Source: Octopus sinensis (lineage: Eukaryota). Taken from it: a stretch of DNA of 64,000 nucleotides. Both the position numbers and the translations under genes were made by a program. Under the pieces are notes generated by a model. It was not told where the DNA came from. It saw nothing but the letters and a program-made list of their open reading frames with translations, and made no database searches. Where the stretch lies: contig NC_043005.1 of assembly GCF_006345805.1 (NCBI RefSeq), positions 97,898,001-97,962,000 of the forward strand. The letters run 5' to 3'. Of the stretch, positions 12,975 to 25,659 are shown piece after piece; positions within the stretch are counted from its first letter, which is position 1; the number at the start of each line of letters is the position of its first letter.

Positions 12975-12979
12975 CACAC

Positions 12980-13270
12980 ACAATGGGATTCTTTCAGACT
13001 CCGTCTACCAAATCCACTCACAAGGCTTTGGTCAGTCCAAGGTTATAGAAGACATTTGCCCAAGGTGTCACTCAGTGGGACTGAACCCGGAACCATATAG
13101 TTGGGAAGCAAGCTTCTTCGGTAGACAGAAACTGAAAGAACCCTGTTATGTGTGTGTGTGTGTGTAAGTCTTTTTGTCAGTGTTTGCCCCATCACCACCC
13201 CTGCTTGATAACCAATGTTGATGTGCTTACATCCCCATAACTTAACAGCTCAGCAAAAAAGACTGATAAA
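12980..13270. mobile_element. rearranged SINE type B (minus-strand head piece joined to plus-strand body)
   Basis: 12980-13110 is the reverse complement of the 40148-type head; 13115-13270 is the forward body. Confidence 0.7.
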
Positions 13271-13673
13271 ATATAATGATTGAGAAGTTAGTTTAGTAAA
13301 TCTTTCCAAATACTCATTTATTTTAAATAATTATTCGGTGCCTAAAGCCAGTTTTTCCTCAAAAACATGGTTATAAAATGGTTAAACAAAACATAATATT
13401 TTACATGTCAGTAAGATTTCCATCTCTGGAAGATTTCAAACATTTATAGATTCTTGTAATGCAATCTCTACATGAAATCCTTGAAATCCAAATTACACCA
13501 ATTTTGTTTGATAGCATCAACAGAACAAACAGCAATGTTATAGTCAGATCCTTGCTCTGTCTTTAATAACAGCAGATTCCATTGTGTGATTCTGTAATTC
13601 TTTATTGATACCAAAAGAACAAACACCAATAAATTACAACTAGTTCTAGAAAGCTGTAATCTGTAAACATTCA

Positions 13674-13785
13674 CTAAATGCAATTGTGATTGGTGTCCAG
13701 CATTGCCAATTTTCGAATTCTTCCTTGGCGCTGTACCAATTTTCTTTGTTCATTATCAAGAGCAAATAAGCGAGGAATACAATCT
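13674..13785 (-). CDS. candidate terminal exon (DCIPRLFALDNEQRKLVQRQGRIRKLAMLDTNHNCI*), unidentified
   Basis: cttttaacag| acceptor, open frame to TAG, AATAAA about 70 nt downstream. A second frame is also open, so the reading is ambiguous. Confidence 0.25.
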
Positions 13786-13913
13786 CTGTTAAAAGACATA
13801 TCTAACATCAGGAATGTTAGATATTTAAAACTTAGCTTATGTCTTTCAAGTAATTCAATTCCATTTGCCTTTTACGATGTCTTCAATATTAAAAACAAGA
13901 ACAACACAAAAAG

Positions 13914-13914
<1 letters not shown>

Positions 13915-13970
<56 letters not shown>

Positions 13971-14148
13971 AGGCAATTTTAATTTTCTGAAACTAGATAT
14001 GGTTCCAAAATATTGGAATTCTCTTCCATTTAATTACCAATTGCCTTGTGCTGTATGTACACACACACACACACACACAGACACGCACACAAACATATTT
14101 ATATGTATATACATCTTTGTATGTATACATACATATATACATATATAC

Positions 14149-14201
<53 letters not shown>

Positions 14202-14241
14202 TACATACATCATATATACATACGTAGATACATACATATAG

Positions 14242-14274
<33 letters not shown>

Positions 14275-14362
14275 AGCATATATATATGTATACATATATA
14301 TATACATAGACACATATATATTAATATATCTATAAGCATGAAAAATAAGGAAGTGAAAATAG

Positions 14363-14394
<32 letters not shown>

Positions 14395-14400
14395 TGTGTA
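13915..14400. repeat. compound (TA)n/(GA)n/(CA)n/(CATA)n/(GAT)n microsatellite block
   Basis: Direct reading of the sequence. Confidence 0.95.
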
Positions 14401-14806
14401 TGTATGCCTATATGTTAAAGCAATTCTGATTTTACAAAATCAGAAATAGTTCCAAAATATTGGCATTCTTTTCCAGTTAATTTCCAGTTATCTTGTGATA
14501 TACGTTCTTGTGCTTGTATTTTTCTAATTTCTTACCACTGACAAAAGAACCATTCTTTAACCCTGAAACTGTGTTCTTTCCTTGAACTTTAGACAATATC
14601 GATTGGGCAGCTGCATGTGTACCCATATGCATTTATGTGTACCCTAACTGCCTTGTGAGTACCTTGGGGAAGGAGAAGGCCAGGGGTGTCAGATTCAGCA
14701 GTAAATAAAGTAGCAGAATCTTTCATGCAGTCCAGGGCCTTCTTTGACATCCATCTGAGAACTACAGGGTAGGGAGAGTTCTCCAGCTCTGTAAGACCAC
14801 TTCAAT

Positions 14807-14840
14807 ATACGAGGGGGTGCTGAAAAGTTCCTGGCTTTAA
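14807..14840. mobile_element. isolated mariner-type TIR fragment
   Basis: TA-cgagggggtgctgaaaagttcctggcttt resembles mariner TIRs. Confidence 0.45.
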
Positions 14841-15654
14841 GGGTATCAGGAAAGGCCCAGTTGGAGGCTGAATCTTCTAACCATTCCTAATGCCAGCCAC
14901 TTCACAGAATGTACTGAGTACATTTTACATGGGAGCAGCACTAGCGAGGGTACCAAGTAACTTGCCAGACAAGATTCCTCAACTGAGTGGGGTGGCTTTG
15001 TGCTGGGCGATGAGGGGTTAGTGTATGATAGAGGAACAGAAAGAGAAGTCTTGCAGTAGTAGAGATATGTGGCTACTAGACATGACAGTATCTACATATT
15101 GAGTGGAAACAAAAGTCCACTGATATACAAAAACTAGCGTCATTTGTTTAAAATTCTCTGCAAAAGCATATCCAGCTGTTGAGCTCTTTGCTGTTCAAAG
15201 GACAATAGGAAATATTACCATACTTGAAAACAGATGAAGGTTGGTGACAGGAAAAGCATCTACCTATTGAAAAATCTGCTTCCACAACTTACACCTGAGC
15301 CAAGCAAGCATAGAAACTGGGTGTTAAAGCAATGACAACAGTGATAATGATGATAATGATGTATGCATGTGTGTATGCTTGCATGCATGCCTATGTATGC
15401 ATGTATGGAGGGATGAATGTGTGTGTGTGTATATATGATACACACACACAATGGGATTCCAAACAGCTTCTGAGATTACAGTAGAAAACACACACTCAAG
15501 GTGCCACAGAGTGAGATAGAATTTGAAAACACATAATTATAAAACAAAAACCATACCCATGCATGGGGAAGTAGAAGGAATTTGAGAGGGTTGCATAAAT
15601 TCTGATGGGGAAGAACTGAACAAATTACCTCATGCAACATTTATACACACACAC

Positions 15655-15701
<47 letters not shown>

Positions 15702-15831
15702 ACACACACACACACGCACACACATACATATATATATAAATGTTATATATAAATGATATCGCTCACTGGATGGCAGATATTTTTGTTGATTTTACATTAA
15801 TAGAAGAGTAACAATATGTATATATATATAT

Positions 15832-16835
15832 ATCAAGTCATTAAGAATGAAATGTTCGATTTTCTTATGCATCAAGTTTGACAGTCATTAACTCTAATGT
15901 TTTTTCATAGCAATTCTTTGTTTTACAACATTGAAGAGTTACATCATCACTTTTTTGAAATGCAATTCATGGTGTCTGATTATATTGTAAGTTTTCTCTT
16001 GTAAATCAGTTTTTGTGAACCCATGAATAGATAAAAATTTGTGTTGTTTATGATTTACATCGTGGAACCAATGCGTCCCAGACAGCTCGAAACATCAGCT
16101 GAGGTGTTTGGGGAAAATGTGGCAAATATACGTCGATGGTTTGAGAAGTTCCAGTCTGGTGACTTTACTCTTGAAAATCAGACCCGTGGTGGACCTGGGA
16201 CCAAGGTGGATAATGATGAGCTGGAAACTGCAATGGAAGCAGATACATCTCAAACTATGCGTGAGTTAGCAGCAAGGTTTGAGGTTTTGATTCCAGCTGT
16301 ATTGGACCATCTCAAACAAATTGGGATGGTAAAGAAGCTGGACAAATGGGTACCACATGAACTGAACAAGCATCAAATGACACATTGTCTTGAAACTTGC
16401 TGTTCTTTACTGTCATGGCATAAAAGCGAACCATTTTTGCATTGTATTGTTATGTGTGATGAAAAATGGATTCTTTTCAACAATAGCAAGTGTTATGCAC
16501 AATTGTTGGATAGAGACGAAATACCAAAACACGATCCAAAAAAGAAAATTCCCCCAAAAAAGCTAATGGTATCTGTTTGGTGGTCCAGCACTGGTGTCAT
16601 CCACTACAACTTCATGATGCTGGTAAGTCAATTGCAGCAGATGTATACATCAATCAACTGGATGAAATGACGAGTGAACTTCCAATTAAACAACCAAGAT
16701 TGATGGGCTAATTCTCTTACAAGATAATGTTTGACCACATGTTGCACAAAGAATACTACTCAAGTTACAGCAACTGAACTTGGAAGTATTCTGTCAGCCA
16801 CCATATTCATCAGACCTTGCATCAACCGACTATCA
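15832..16835 (+). mobile_element. mariner element (D,D34D transposase pseudogene), 3' end lost at an RTE insertion
   Basis: ORF 16041-16670 has IRRWFEKF..GDFTLE, WVPHEL, IVMCDEKW and KLMVSVWW; shifted frames give LLQDNV*PHVA and PPYSSDLASTDYH. Confidence 0.93.
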
Positions 16836-17045
16836 CGTGTTGGACGGTTCGACTGAGGTCTGAGAAACCAGGAAGCCGCACCAGGCTCCAGTCTGATCTG
16901 GCAGTGTTTCTAGAGCTGGATGCCCTTCCTAACGCCAACCACTCCATGAGTGCTTTTTATGTGCCACCGGCACAGAAGCCAGTCAAGGCGGCTCTGGTAT
17001 TGGCCACGTTTGGATGGTGCTTTTTACGAGCCACCGGCACAGGTA
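16836..17045 (-). mobile_element. RTE 3' UTR fragment
   Basis: gcaccaggctccagtctgatctggcagtgtttctagagctggatgcccttcc. Confidence 0.88.
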
Positions 17046-17660
17046 TCACAACTACACACTCATGTATATAGATGTATATGTGTTCATATATATGTATATA
17101 CACACACACACATGCTACAAGAAAGTAGTTGCTGTTCTGTAACTTTCATTTCTCACTTACCTTGACTACTTTGTAGTAAGTAGAAGCATGGTTACCAATC
17201 TCTTTACAAAATCTACAATTCTATTTTTCTATCTCTACATTCAAATGTTTACAACTTCCCCATAGATGATGTTTGTTTATTAACCTTTGATAAGTAAAAA
17301 CTTGTGAAATTCAAGAATCCTTCCATATTTGGCATAGTTTTGATTTAATGGTAAATTTAATACTGTAATTAATGTAAGACTTTGAATTAAGTGGATTGAT
17401 AGGAACTGAAAATATATTATCTGTATTCAAGTGAATTATCAGTTCATGCATGTGTATATATTTATACATCCATCCTCACCTATATATATATATATATATA
17501 CACGCACACACTTTTCTCTTTGTCTGATATTTTGCATACAAACATAAAAATTATGCATATTTTGCATACAAACACGGAAATTATGTTTGTAAGTGCATGT
17601 GTGTGTGTGTGGGTGTAGGTATTTATATAGGAATATATAAGGATATATAAGTAAATATGA

Positions 17661-17713
<53 letters not shown>

Positions 17714-17716
<3 letters not shown>

Positions 17717-17940
17717 CATTAAGGACTGAACACGAAAAGTGGACAGTCAACATGCTAGATATAGACGTCAAATTGCCATTCTCCACAAAAGATTATTTGA
17801 CGTCTATATCTAGCATGTTGACTGTCCACTTTCGTGTTCAGTCCTAATTGGTATATATAAATATTTAATCTTCGGATTCTTTTTTAATATGCTAGACCAC
17901 TGGTCTTAATTGATAAATATCAATTTCTACCCTAAATTAA
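17714..17940 (-). mobile_element. fold-back element (arms 17722-17773 / 17795-17845, plus tail); same family as 46858-47155
   Basis: Near-perfect 52-bp inverted arms; tail 17854-17940 is the reverse complement of 46858-46945. Confidence 0.9.
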
Positions 17941-19776
17941 TGTGCGGGCCATGTATAGGGACGCTGCTAGTAGGGTGAGGGTTGGCAACGAGTACAGTGA
18001 AGAATTCCGGGTAGAGGTAGGGGTCCACCAAGGCTCAGTACTCAGCCCCCTCCTATTTATCATAGTCCTCCAGGCAATAACGGAGGAATTCAAGACAGGA
18101 TGCCCTTGGGAGATCCTCTATGCTGATGACCTTGCTCTAATTGCTGAGTCGCTATCAGAACTGGAGGAGAAGTTTCAGGTGTGGAAACAAGGATTAGAAT
18201 CGAAGGGCCTCAGAGTCAATCTAGCTAAAACCAAAGTCGTAATCAGTAGGAAGGTAGACAAATCACAAACGCCTTCAGGTAGATGGCCCTGCTCGATCTG
18301 TAGAAAAGGTGTAGGTTTAGAAACTCTATAAGATGCACCAAGTGTAAGCTATGGACACATAAGAGGTGCAGCAATGTCAAAGGAAGGCTAACTAGGAAGA
18401 TGGTTTTTGTATGTGGCAGATGCTCAGGAACAATAAACACTGAAAATGCTCTGAGACCAACTTCCGTCACTTTCCAGGGAGAAAAACTAGAAATAGTTGA
18501 TAGTTTCCGTTACCTAGGTGACCAAGTCAGTAGCGGGGGCGGGTGTGCTGAAAGTGTAACTGCTAGAGTAAGAATAGCTTGGGCAAAGTTCAGAGAGCTC
18601 TTACCTCTGCTGGTGACAAAAGGCCTCTCGCACAGAGTGAAAGGCAGACTATGATGCGTGTGTGTACGAACAGCCATGCTACATGGCAGTGAAACATGGG
18701 CCGTGACTGCTGAGGATATGCGTAAGTTTGCAAGAAATGAAGCCAGTATGCTCCGATGGATGTGTAATGTCAGTGTTCATAATTGACAGAGTGTAAGTAC
18801 CTTGAGAGAAAAGCTGGACCTAAGAAGCATCAGTTGTGGTGTGCAAGAGAGACGATTGCGCTGGTATGGTCATGTGGCGAGAATGGATGAAGATAGTTGT
18901 GTGAAAAAGTGCCACACCCTAGCGGTTGAGGGAACCTGTGGAAGAGGCAGACCCAGGAAAACCTGGGACAAGGTGGTGAAGCACGACCTTCGAACTTTAG
19001 GTCTCACTGAGGAAATGACTAGAGACCGAGTCCTCTGGAAGTGTGCTGTGCGCGAGAAGACCGGCAGGACAAGTGAGTCCATAACCCGTGGCCTTCTACT
19101 TGGGATGGAGCCAGCCTACGAATGCATACCTTCCCTTCTTGGGACACAAAACTCTACTTGTGAAGACCTGTTGAGGCAAGTGAGGATCAGAATCGAAATC
19201 GATCAATGGAAATTGCAGATGTGTTACCAGTGCCGGTGGCATGTCGAAACTCTACTTGTGAAGACCCGTTGAGGCAAGTGAGGATCAGAATGGAAATCGA
19301 TCAATGGAAATTGCAGATGTGTTACCAGTGCCGGTGGCATGTCGAAACTCTACTTGTGAAGACCCGTTGAGGCAAGTGAGGATCAGAATGGAAATCGATC
19401 AATGGAAATTGCAGATGTGTTCCAGTGCCGGTGACATGTAAGAGAACCTTCCGTTTCGCGACCGTTGCCAGCACCGCCCCATTTTGTGTCCGTTGCCAGC
19501 CTCGCCTGGCCCTTGTGCCGGTGGCACATAAAAAGCACCATCCGTTCGTGGCCGTTTGCCAGCTCTGTCTGGCACCTGTGCGGGTGGCACGTAAAAAGCA
19601 CCCACTACACTCACGGAGTGGTTGGCGTTAGGAAGGGCATCCAGCCGTAGAAACACTGCCAGATTTGACTGGGCCTGATGAAGCCATCTGGTTTCACAGA
19701 CCCCAGTAGAACCGTCCAACCCATGCTAGCATGGAAAACGGACGCTAAACGACGATGATGATGATGATGATGATGA
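17941..19776 (+). mobile_element. 5'-truncated RTE LINE (RT domains 4-7, PHD insert, 3' UTR, (GAT)n)
   Basis: VGVHQGSVLSPLLF, ILYADDLAL, RLRWYGHV, GRGRPRKTW; frameshifts; (gat)n tail at about 19755-19776. Confidence 0.97.
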
Positions 19777-19778
19777 TA

Positions 19779-19814
<36 letters not shown>

Positions 19815-20231
19815 TGTATGTATGTATGTATGTATGTATGTATACAGGTAAAGAAATATATCATTATCATCATTTAAAGTCTATTTTCCATGCTGGACAG
19901 TTTGACTGGAGCTGGCCAGCCAGAGAGCTGCCTAGGCTCCCATTCTCTATTTTGGCTGGATGCTCTTCCTAATGCAAACCACTTTATAGAGTTTACTGGG
20001 TGTTTTTACATGTCAAGAAGAATTTATTTTTGGAATGGTGAAATTTGAAACAGACCAAATACAAAACAATACATGCACACATACATGCACGCACACACAC
20101 GTGCATGCACACACACGTGCACACACACACACACACACACATGCACATAAGTATGTTGTATTATGTTGGACAAATGAAAGAGGAGTGAAGAGTACATTGT
20201 AGTCAATATGGTTTTATTGAAAATGAGTGTT

Positions 20232-20275
20232 TGATGCAGCTTGAGTTTCATGTCATTGTGATCATCAGGTGAGAT
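20232..20275 (-). ncRNA. degenerate hammerhead-like motif
   Basis: Minus strand CTGATGA-tcacaatgacat-GAAAC-tcaa-gct. Core boxes are present but stems are poor; its position downstream of the PLE endonuclease matches the other copies. Confidence 0.35.
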
Positions 20276-20673
20276 CTATTACAACTTGGTATTGATGGTG
20301 AATGTGGTGCACACTGCATGATGCTTGTATTTGTTTATTGGTTTGTGTTTCACATTTACTGAGTGGTGTTGTCTTTTGGGTGTCTTCATTGGTTGTTTAG
20401 TTCATCATTTGTGTGATGTGACTTTTTTGTATTTCTGCAGTTGGTGTTGGGAGGGTGTGTTATTGATTGTTTATGATTTATTGGTGGTTGGTGATAGGGC
20501 ATGTTTTCATTTCTTTTTTCCTTTTTTGTATGGAAAAGTGTATTGTAAGAGGGTGAATGTTATTTTGGGAAAGGTTAATCATGAATGATTTGCTGTAAAT
20601 CTAATTATGAAAATATCTATTGTGAGCAAATATATCCATAATGAATGGTGCTTTACAGATGAGGGTTTTTTAA

Positions 20674-20972
20674 CCCTTAATTAGCTGACATCATCAATTG
20701 ATATTTCATTCAAGAATAACGGACATCATGAATTCATGTTTCAAAAATTTTACATGGATATGACCATCAACAAAGGAAAGCAAATATTTTATGGCACTTT
20801 TTGATAATGAGATTATGAATTTTATTGTGCAAGAGACTAAAAATTATAGATTTTGTACTTATTTAAAGTAGAAATAAGTATATAAACTGCCCTTAAGAAA
20901 AAGAGATATATTTTTGTTTTCTGTCCATTTGGGACACATACATTCATACAATCCTTTTCTGCCATTTAAGGG
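20674..20972. mobile_element. piggyBac-type MITE inserted in the PLE
   Basis: TTAA on both sides (20670-20673, 20973-20976); termini cccttaattagc / gccatttaaggg. Confidence 0.75.
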
Positions 20973-21826
20973 TTAATGTGTCGAGTTGTTAAAAGATGTT
21001 ATGGTAATGCTGTTTTTCTTAACTCCCAGTGGAGTTTGAACAGATGCACTTGTTTCTTTTGAATATAGTCTAGAAAGTGTGTTTATGTCTTTTATACCTT
21101 TGAAGATTCCTCTAGTAGTTCTGATGTAGTTTCTTTTTGCCTGTTATTCTTGTGAAACTGTTGCATTATAGACTATAGATTTTTGTAAACAGTTTCAATG
21201 TAACAGGCATGTCCTACTCTTGGGCTGTTGTATAGGTTTTCAGCAGCTTTGTGTTGTGTGTTTCTAGGAGTGTTATTGTTTGGTGACTGTATGATGTGTT
21301 TCACATTTTATGTACAGCTGTAGCTCATTTTATATATTTCTGTAAAATGGTTTTCCATATTAGTGTTCTGTTGTGAAGTGTTTGCTGATAAGTGTTAGAA
21401 AGTTATTCATTGCTACATTCAGGCTGAAGAGTGGGTTAAACCAGATGATGTTCCTTTTATTAGTTCTTTTTGTGTTTGGTGTCTGTCTATGATGTTTTTC
21501 GTATGTATTGCAACTTTTCATTAAACCTGTTTGATTTTAGGGCTTTGATATAGAACATTTCTTTATCAAATGGAATTTTCTAAATTCCCTTGATGAAGTT
21601 TCTAATAGGGTTCTTTATTACATATAGTGGGTGATTTGAATTTATGTATGATGGTATCGTGTTAGGCTTTCTCTAGGGCTAGTTTTTCCTAGTTGTTAGG
21701 TTCAACATCACATCGAGATAGGCTATTACTGATAAGTTCATTTCTACAGTTATTCTTCTGTCATGCTTTTTAAATGTCTTTATCAAATCCTCTGCTTATA
21801 ATTATAGAAATTTTGTATGTATGTAT

Positions 21827-21860
<34 letters not shown>

Positions 21861-22494
21861 ATATGTTGTATCATAGATATCTAAAACATCAAAAAATATA
21901 TTCCATTCAATGCAGAAATATAGAGCAGTGTATTTGTATTATAAAGCAACATGAGTTAATATATCATGTAGAGTATCAATGGTTTCTCACTCTCAGTCTT
22001 CAGGCTCTGTTTATCTTGATTTGATGGATTAGGAGCTCACAAATCCAAGAAATGACTCTGATACTTAGTCTTCTTCTTCTAATCTGTGAATATAAATAAA
22101 GCACCTTAAATACATAATTTCCTAAATATGCTTAATTTCAGTGTACAGTCTTTTATCCGAAACTTTACTGTGGGATAAATCCATCGATTTTACCCATTAC
22201 TGCATTTATAAATTAATTAAATTTATTGGATACATTAGACAGTTTAAACACCTGTCATATTTATATAACTTCATTAGAAGCAATAAAATGGGACTGATTA
22301 AACCATAATTTAACTGTCTCTCAGTGGCAGTGAGTTACCTTACTCAAAACTGACAGCTGTGGAACTGTGAGATTTAAATCCACTGTTATTAGGCATATAA
22401 CTACATTAGGTAAACTGTTATGTTTGTAAGAGATCTTAATGTTCACCATCATCACTGGTTTGGTAGGTGAGCCACAAATGCTGTTGTTTGGTTG

Positions 22495-22727
22495 AAGGCA
22501 ACGAGCTGGCAGAAACGTTAGCACACCAGGTGAAATGCGTAGCTGTATTTCGTCTGCCATTACGTACTGAGTTCAAATTCCGCCAAGGTCGACTTTGCCT
22601 TTCATCCTTTCAGGGTCGATAAATTAAGTACCAGTTTCGCACTGGGGTCGAAGTAATCGACTTAATCCCTTTGTCTGTCCTTGTTTGTCCCCTCTGTGTT
22701 TAGCCCCTTGTGGGTAGTAAAAAAAAA
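22495..22727 (+). mobile_element. tRNA-derived SINE, type A, tail variant 2 (Tx1-like tail)
   Basis: Head aaggc..cgagctggcagaa.cgttagc, B-box gagttcaaattcc, central cctttcatcctttc.gggtcgataaattaagtacc, tail tgtcccctctgtgtttagccccttgtggg followed by A-rich end. Confidence 0.9.
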
Positions 22728-22784
22728 TGCTGCTTTGTTTGGTACAACAAATTATCAATGAACAAACAGAAGGGGACAATTTAC

Positions 22785-22897
22785 TTGATCTTCTTTCATT
22801 GGATTCACCTGCAACTGCTGCAACTCTAACACATCTAAACATCTTAGAACCTCACCTTCTGCTGGTGAAACTTGATGTTCTGTTGAACTGAGATGAA
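22785..22897 (-). CDS. candidate internal exon (HLSSTEHQVSPAEGEVLRCLDVLELQQLQVNPMKEDQ), unidentified
   Basis: cctctcatatag| acceptor, |gtaaat donor, 113 nt open frame (phase 1 to 0) in unique sequence. Confidence 0.25.
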
Positions 22898-23358
22898 CTA
22901 TATGAGAGGAATGTTGGTTGCCATAAATGAGAAAAGTTTAGGGAGATGCAATCCACATTAAACTAATTGTCTGATCAACTACGTTTAAAGAAAAGAATTC
23001 TGAGAAAACATGCACTTAGACTGCAGCAGTTATAAGCAAATCTGAACATAGCAAAGGTGGTGCCCCAGCAATACCATAGTCTAATGATTGAACAAATAAA
23101 AGATAGAAAAATAAAAGCTAGCCTAGGGATAGTCTTCAGTAAAATGTAAAAAAAAAAAAAAGAAACGGAAAAAAAGATGATTAAGCCTTAGTTTCATGAT
23201 AAATGTTGAAGACATTCTATCTACGAAAGAATGTCCTTCACTAACGGGCAAATGAAAGTTTACACGTGTGTGACGCAGTGAGAATCATATATAAACTTAG
23301 GTAAAAATGTGACAGAATGCAAGATTGAGAAAAAACTTTACAAGTGACATTAGTTATA

Positions 23359-23587
23359 TCTTTACTACCCACAAGGGACTAAACGTAGAGGGGACAAACA
23401 AGGACAGACAAACGGATTAAGTCGATTACTTCGGCCCCAGTGCATTACTGGTACTTAATTTATCGACCGCGAAAGGATGAAAGGCAAAGTCGACCATGGT
23501 GGAATTTGAACTCAGAACGGAATGCCAGACGAAATACAGCTACACATTTCACCCAGTGTGCTAATGTTTCTGCCAGCTGGCCACCTT
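23359..23587 (-). mobile_element. SINE type A, tail variant 2
   Basis: Reverse complement of 22495-22727. Confidence 0.9.
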
Positions 23588-24289
23588 GTCATTTACAAAT
23601 GACATTAGTATTAAAATGAAGGAGCAATGTAAATGTTCTCTGGAAGAAGATGCCACTTCCATAACAATGCAACTCCATACTTAATGACAACAATTTGAGC
23701 CAATGTCTACTTTTGGGTCTTGGCAGAAAAGTATTGCATATCAAGTGGGAGATCAACAAACAAACAAAACATTGAGTAATCTTCTGACACAATGTGATCT
23801 TCAAAAGAAAGGATGAAGCTGACAACAGGAACTGAAACTTGACAAAGCCAAACCTGACCCTCAAAAAATCTAAGGTATTATCCAATCCCTTCTGTCATAC
23901 ATTTCACATTTTTCCTTTTAGTATTTGTGATATAATTCCAAACCAACGGTCAATCACATCTGTGATATTATGGATGAGAGTGAATTCAGAATTGATCCAT
24001 CACACTACCAACCTATTACATTGCTGCTTCACATCATCATCGTCGTCATCATCAATATATTGGAATTAAATATCCGCAAGTGACTACAAAGCTATTTGCT
24101 GAAAAATCTAATTTCTAGAAAGCAATTCCGTTTCCTACCAAACCATAACAAGTAGACCTTTCCACAATGAATATCATCTCACAGGAACAATTACTTGCTC
24201 AGAGGTCAGGAAGAATGTGTTATAGTTCTGGACATCAAAGTAGCTTTTGACAAAGTCTGGCTCAATAGACTCTGCACCTATCAATCAAT

Positions 24290-24449
24290 CTTGCATGCAT
24301 ACATATATTTATATATACACATAAATGTGTGTATGTAAATATGTATGCATGTATATATGTATCTATGCATGAATGTATACATATATATATCCACACACAA
24401 ACACACACACACATGTATATATATTTGTATATATATCCACACACACACG

Positions 24450-24497
<48 letters not shown>

Positions 24498-24516
24498 TGT
24501 ATATATATATATTGTA

Positions 24517-24547
<31 letters not shown>

Positions 24548-24569
24548 ATAATATATATATATATATATA

Positions 24570-24606
<37 letters not shown>

Positions 24607-24716
24607 GTATATATATATTGTATATATATATATATGTATATATACTCACACATATGTATATATATTCATATAAACACACACACACACAACACACACACAC
24701 ACACACACACACACAC

Positions 24717-24768
<52 letters not shown>

Positions 24769-25143
24769 AATATATTTATATTGTATATACTAGATATATA
24801 CATATATTATACAACTATCTTTTTACCATTTGATCTATCTATTTATCTATCAATCTATCCATATACCTACCAATCAATTTCTCTACCTTTATACCTACCT
24901 ATCAATTTACTATCTATTTATCTGCCTATCAATCAATCTACCTATCTATCTCTTTTACCTATATATATATGGATCAATTAACCTACCTACATACCTATCT
25001 GTATAACTGCCTGTCTGTCTGTCTATCTCTCTGTCCATCCATCCTTCCGTCTGTTTGTCCAGCTATCCATATCTATCTATCTTTCTGTCTGTCTGTCTCT
25101 CTGCCTGCTTGAATGCCTGTCTGACTCTCTGCCTGCCTGTCTG

Positions 25144-25213
<70 letters not shown>

Positions 25214-25218
25214 CATCC

Positions 25219-25265
<47 letters not shown>

Positions 25266-25301
25266 CATCCATCCATCCATCCATCCATCCATCCATCCAT
25301 C

Positions 25302-25373
<72 letters not shown>

Positions 25374-25380
25374 GTTTGCC
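24290..25380. repeat. compound (TA)n/(CA)n then (CTAT)n/(CTGT)n/(CCAT)n microsatellites
   Basis: Direct reading of the sequence. Confidence 0.95.
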
Positions 25381-25659
25381 TTTCTAAATCCTTATGCAAT
25401 GAACACAACTTGTATAGTGTTTGTAGGAGAATACAAATGCACCTGCAGTATGTACAGAGGAGCACTAAGGAACAACGTGTAGTGTTTGTAGAGGAATGCA
25501 AAGGAATGGAGACTGCACAAAGCATTTGAGGAAGAATATAGAGAAAACTTGGATCAACAGATTATGTAAACTTGGTTAAAATAAGATGTGAGTATGAGTA
25601 AAATAAGAAAGATAATCCTTATTATTGTTGTTGTAGAGTATTGACAGAATAGATTGAGT

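Larger units (their letters stand above)
20160..21815 (-). mobile_element. Neptune-type Penelope-like element (RT thumb, linker, GIY-YIG, 3' region), decayed and 5'-truncated at (TA)n
   Basis: Minus-strand peptides LDVMLNLTT..RKPNTIPSYINSNHP, KALKSNRFNEKLQY, KRNIIWFNPLFSLNV..FLTLISKHF and HWELRK. Confidence 0.85.

Noticed and set aside
17161-17220. Minus-strand open stretch NCRFCKEIGNHASTYYKVVK with a GTAAGT donor
   Set aside because: The acceptor lacks a pyrimidine tract, and its phase does not join the 13785 candidate in the favoured frame.
17935-17945. Fold-back family adjacent to RTE copies at both 17.9 kb and 47-48 kb
   Set aside because: Orientation and distance differ between the two loci; at this repeat density chance adjacency is likely.
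24262-24981. Many overlapping YIYI/THTH ORFs (also at 14.0, 35.3, 37.9, 54.7, 58.0 and 61.8 kb)
   Set aside because: Translations of microsatellites.
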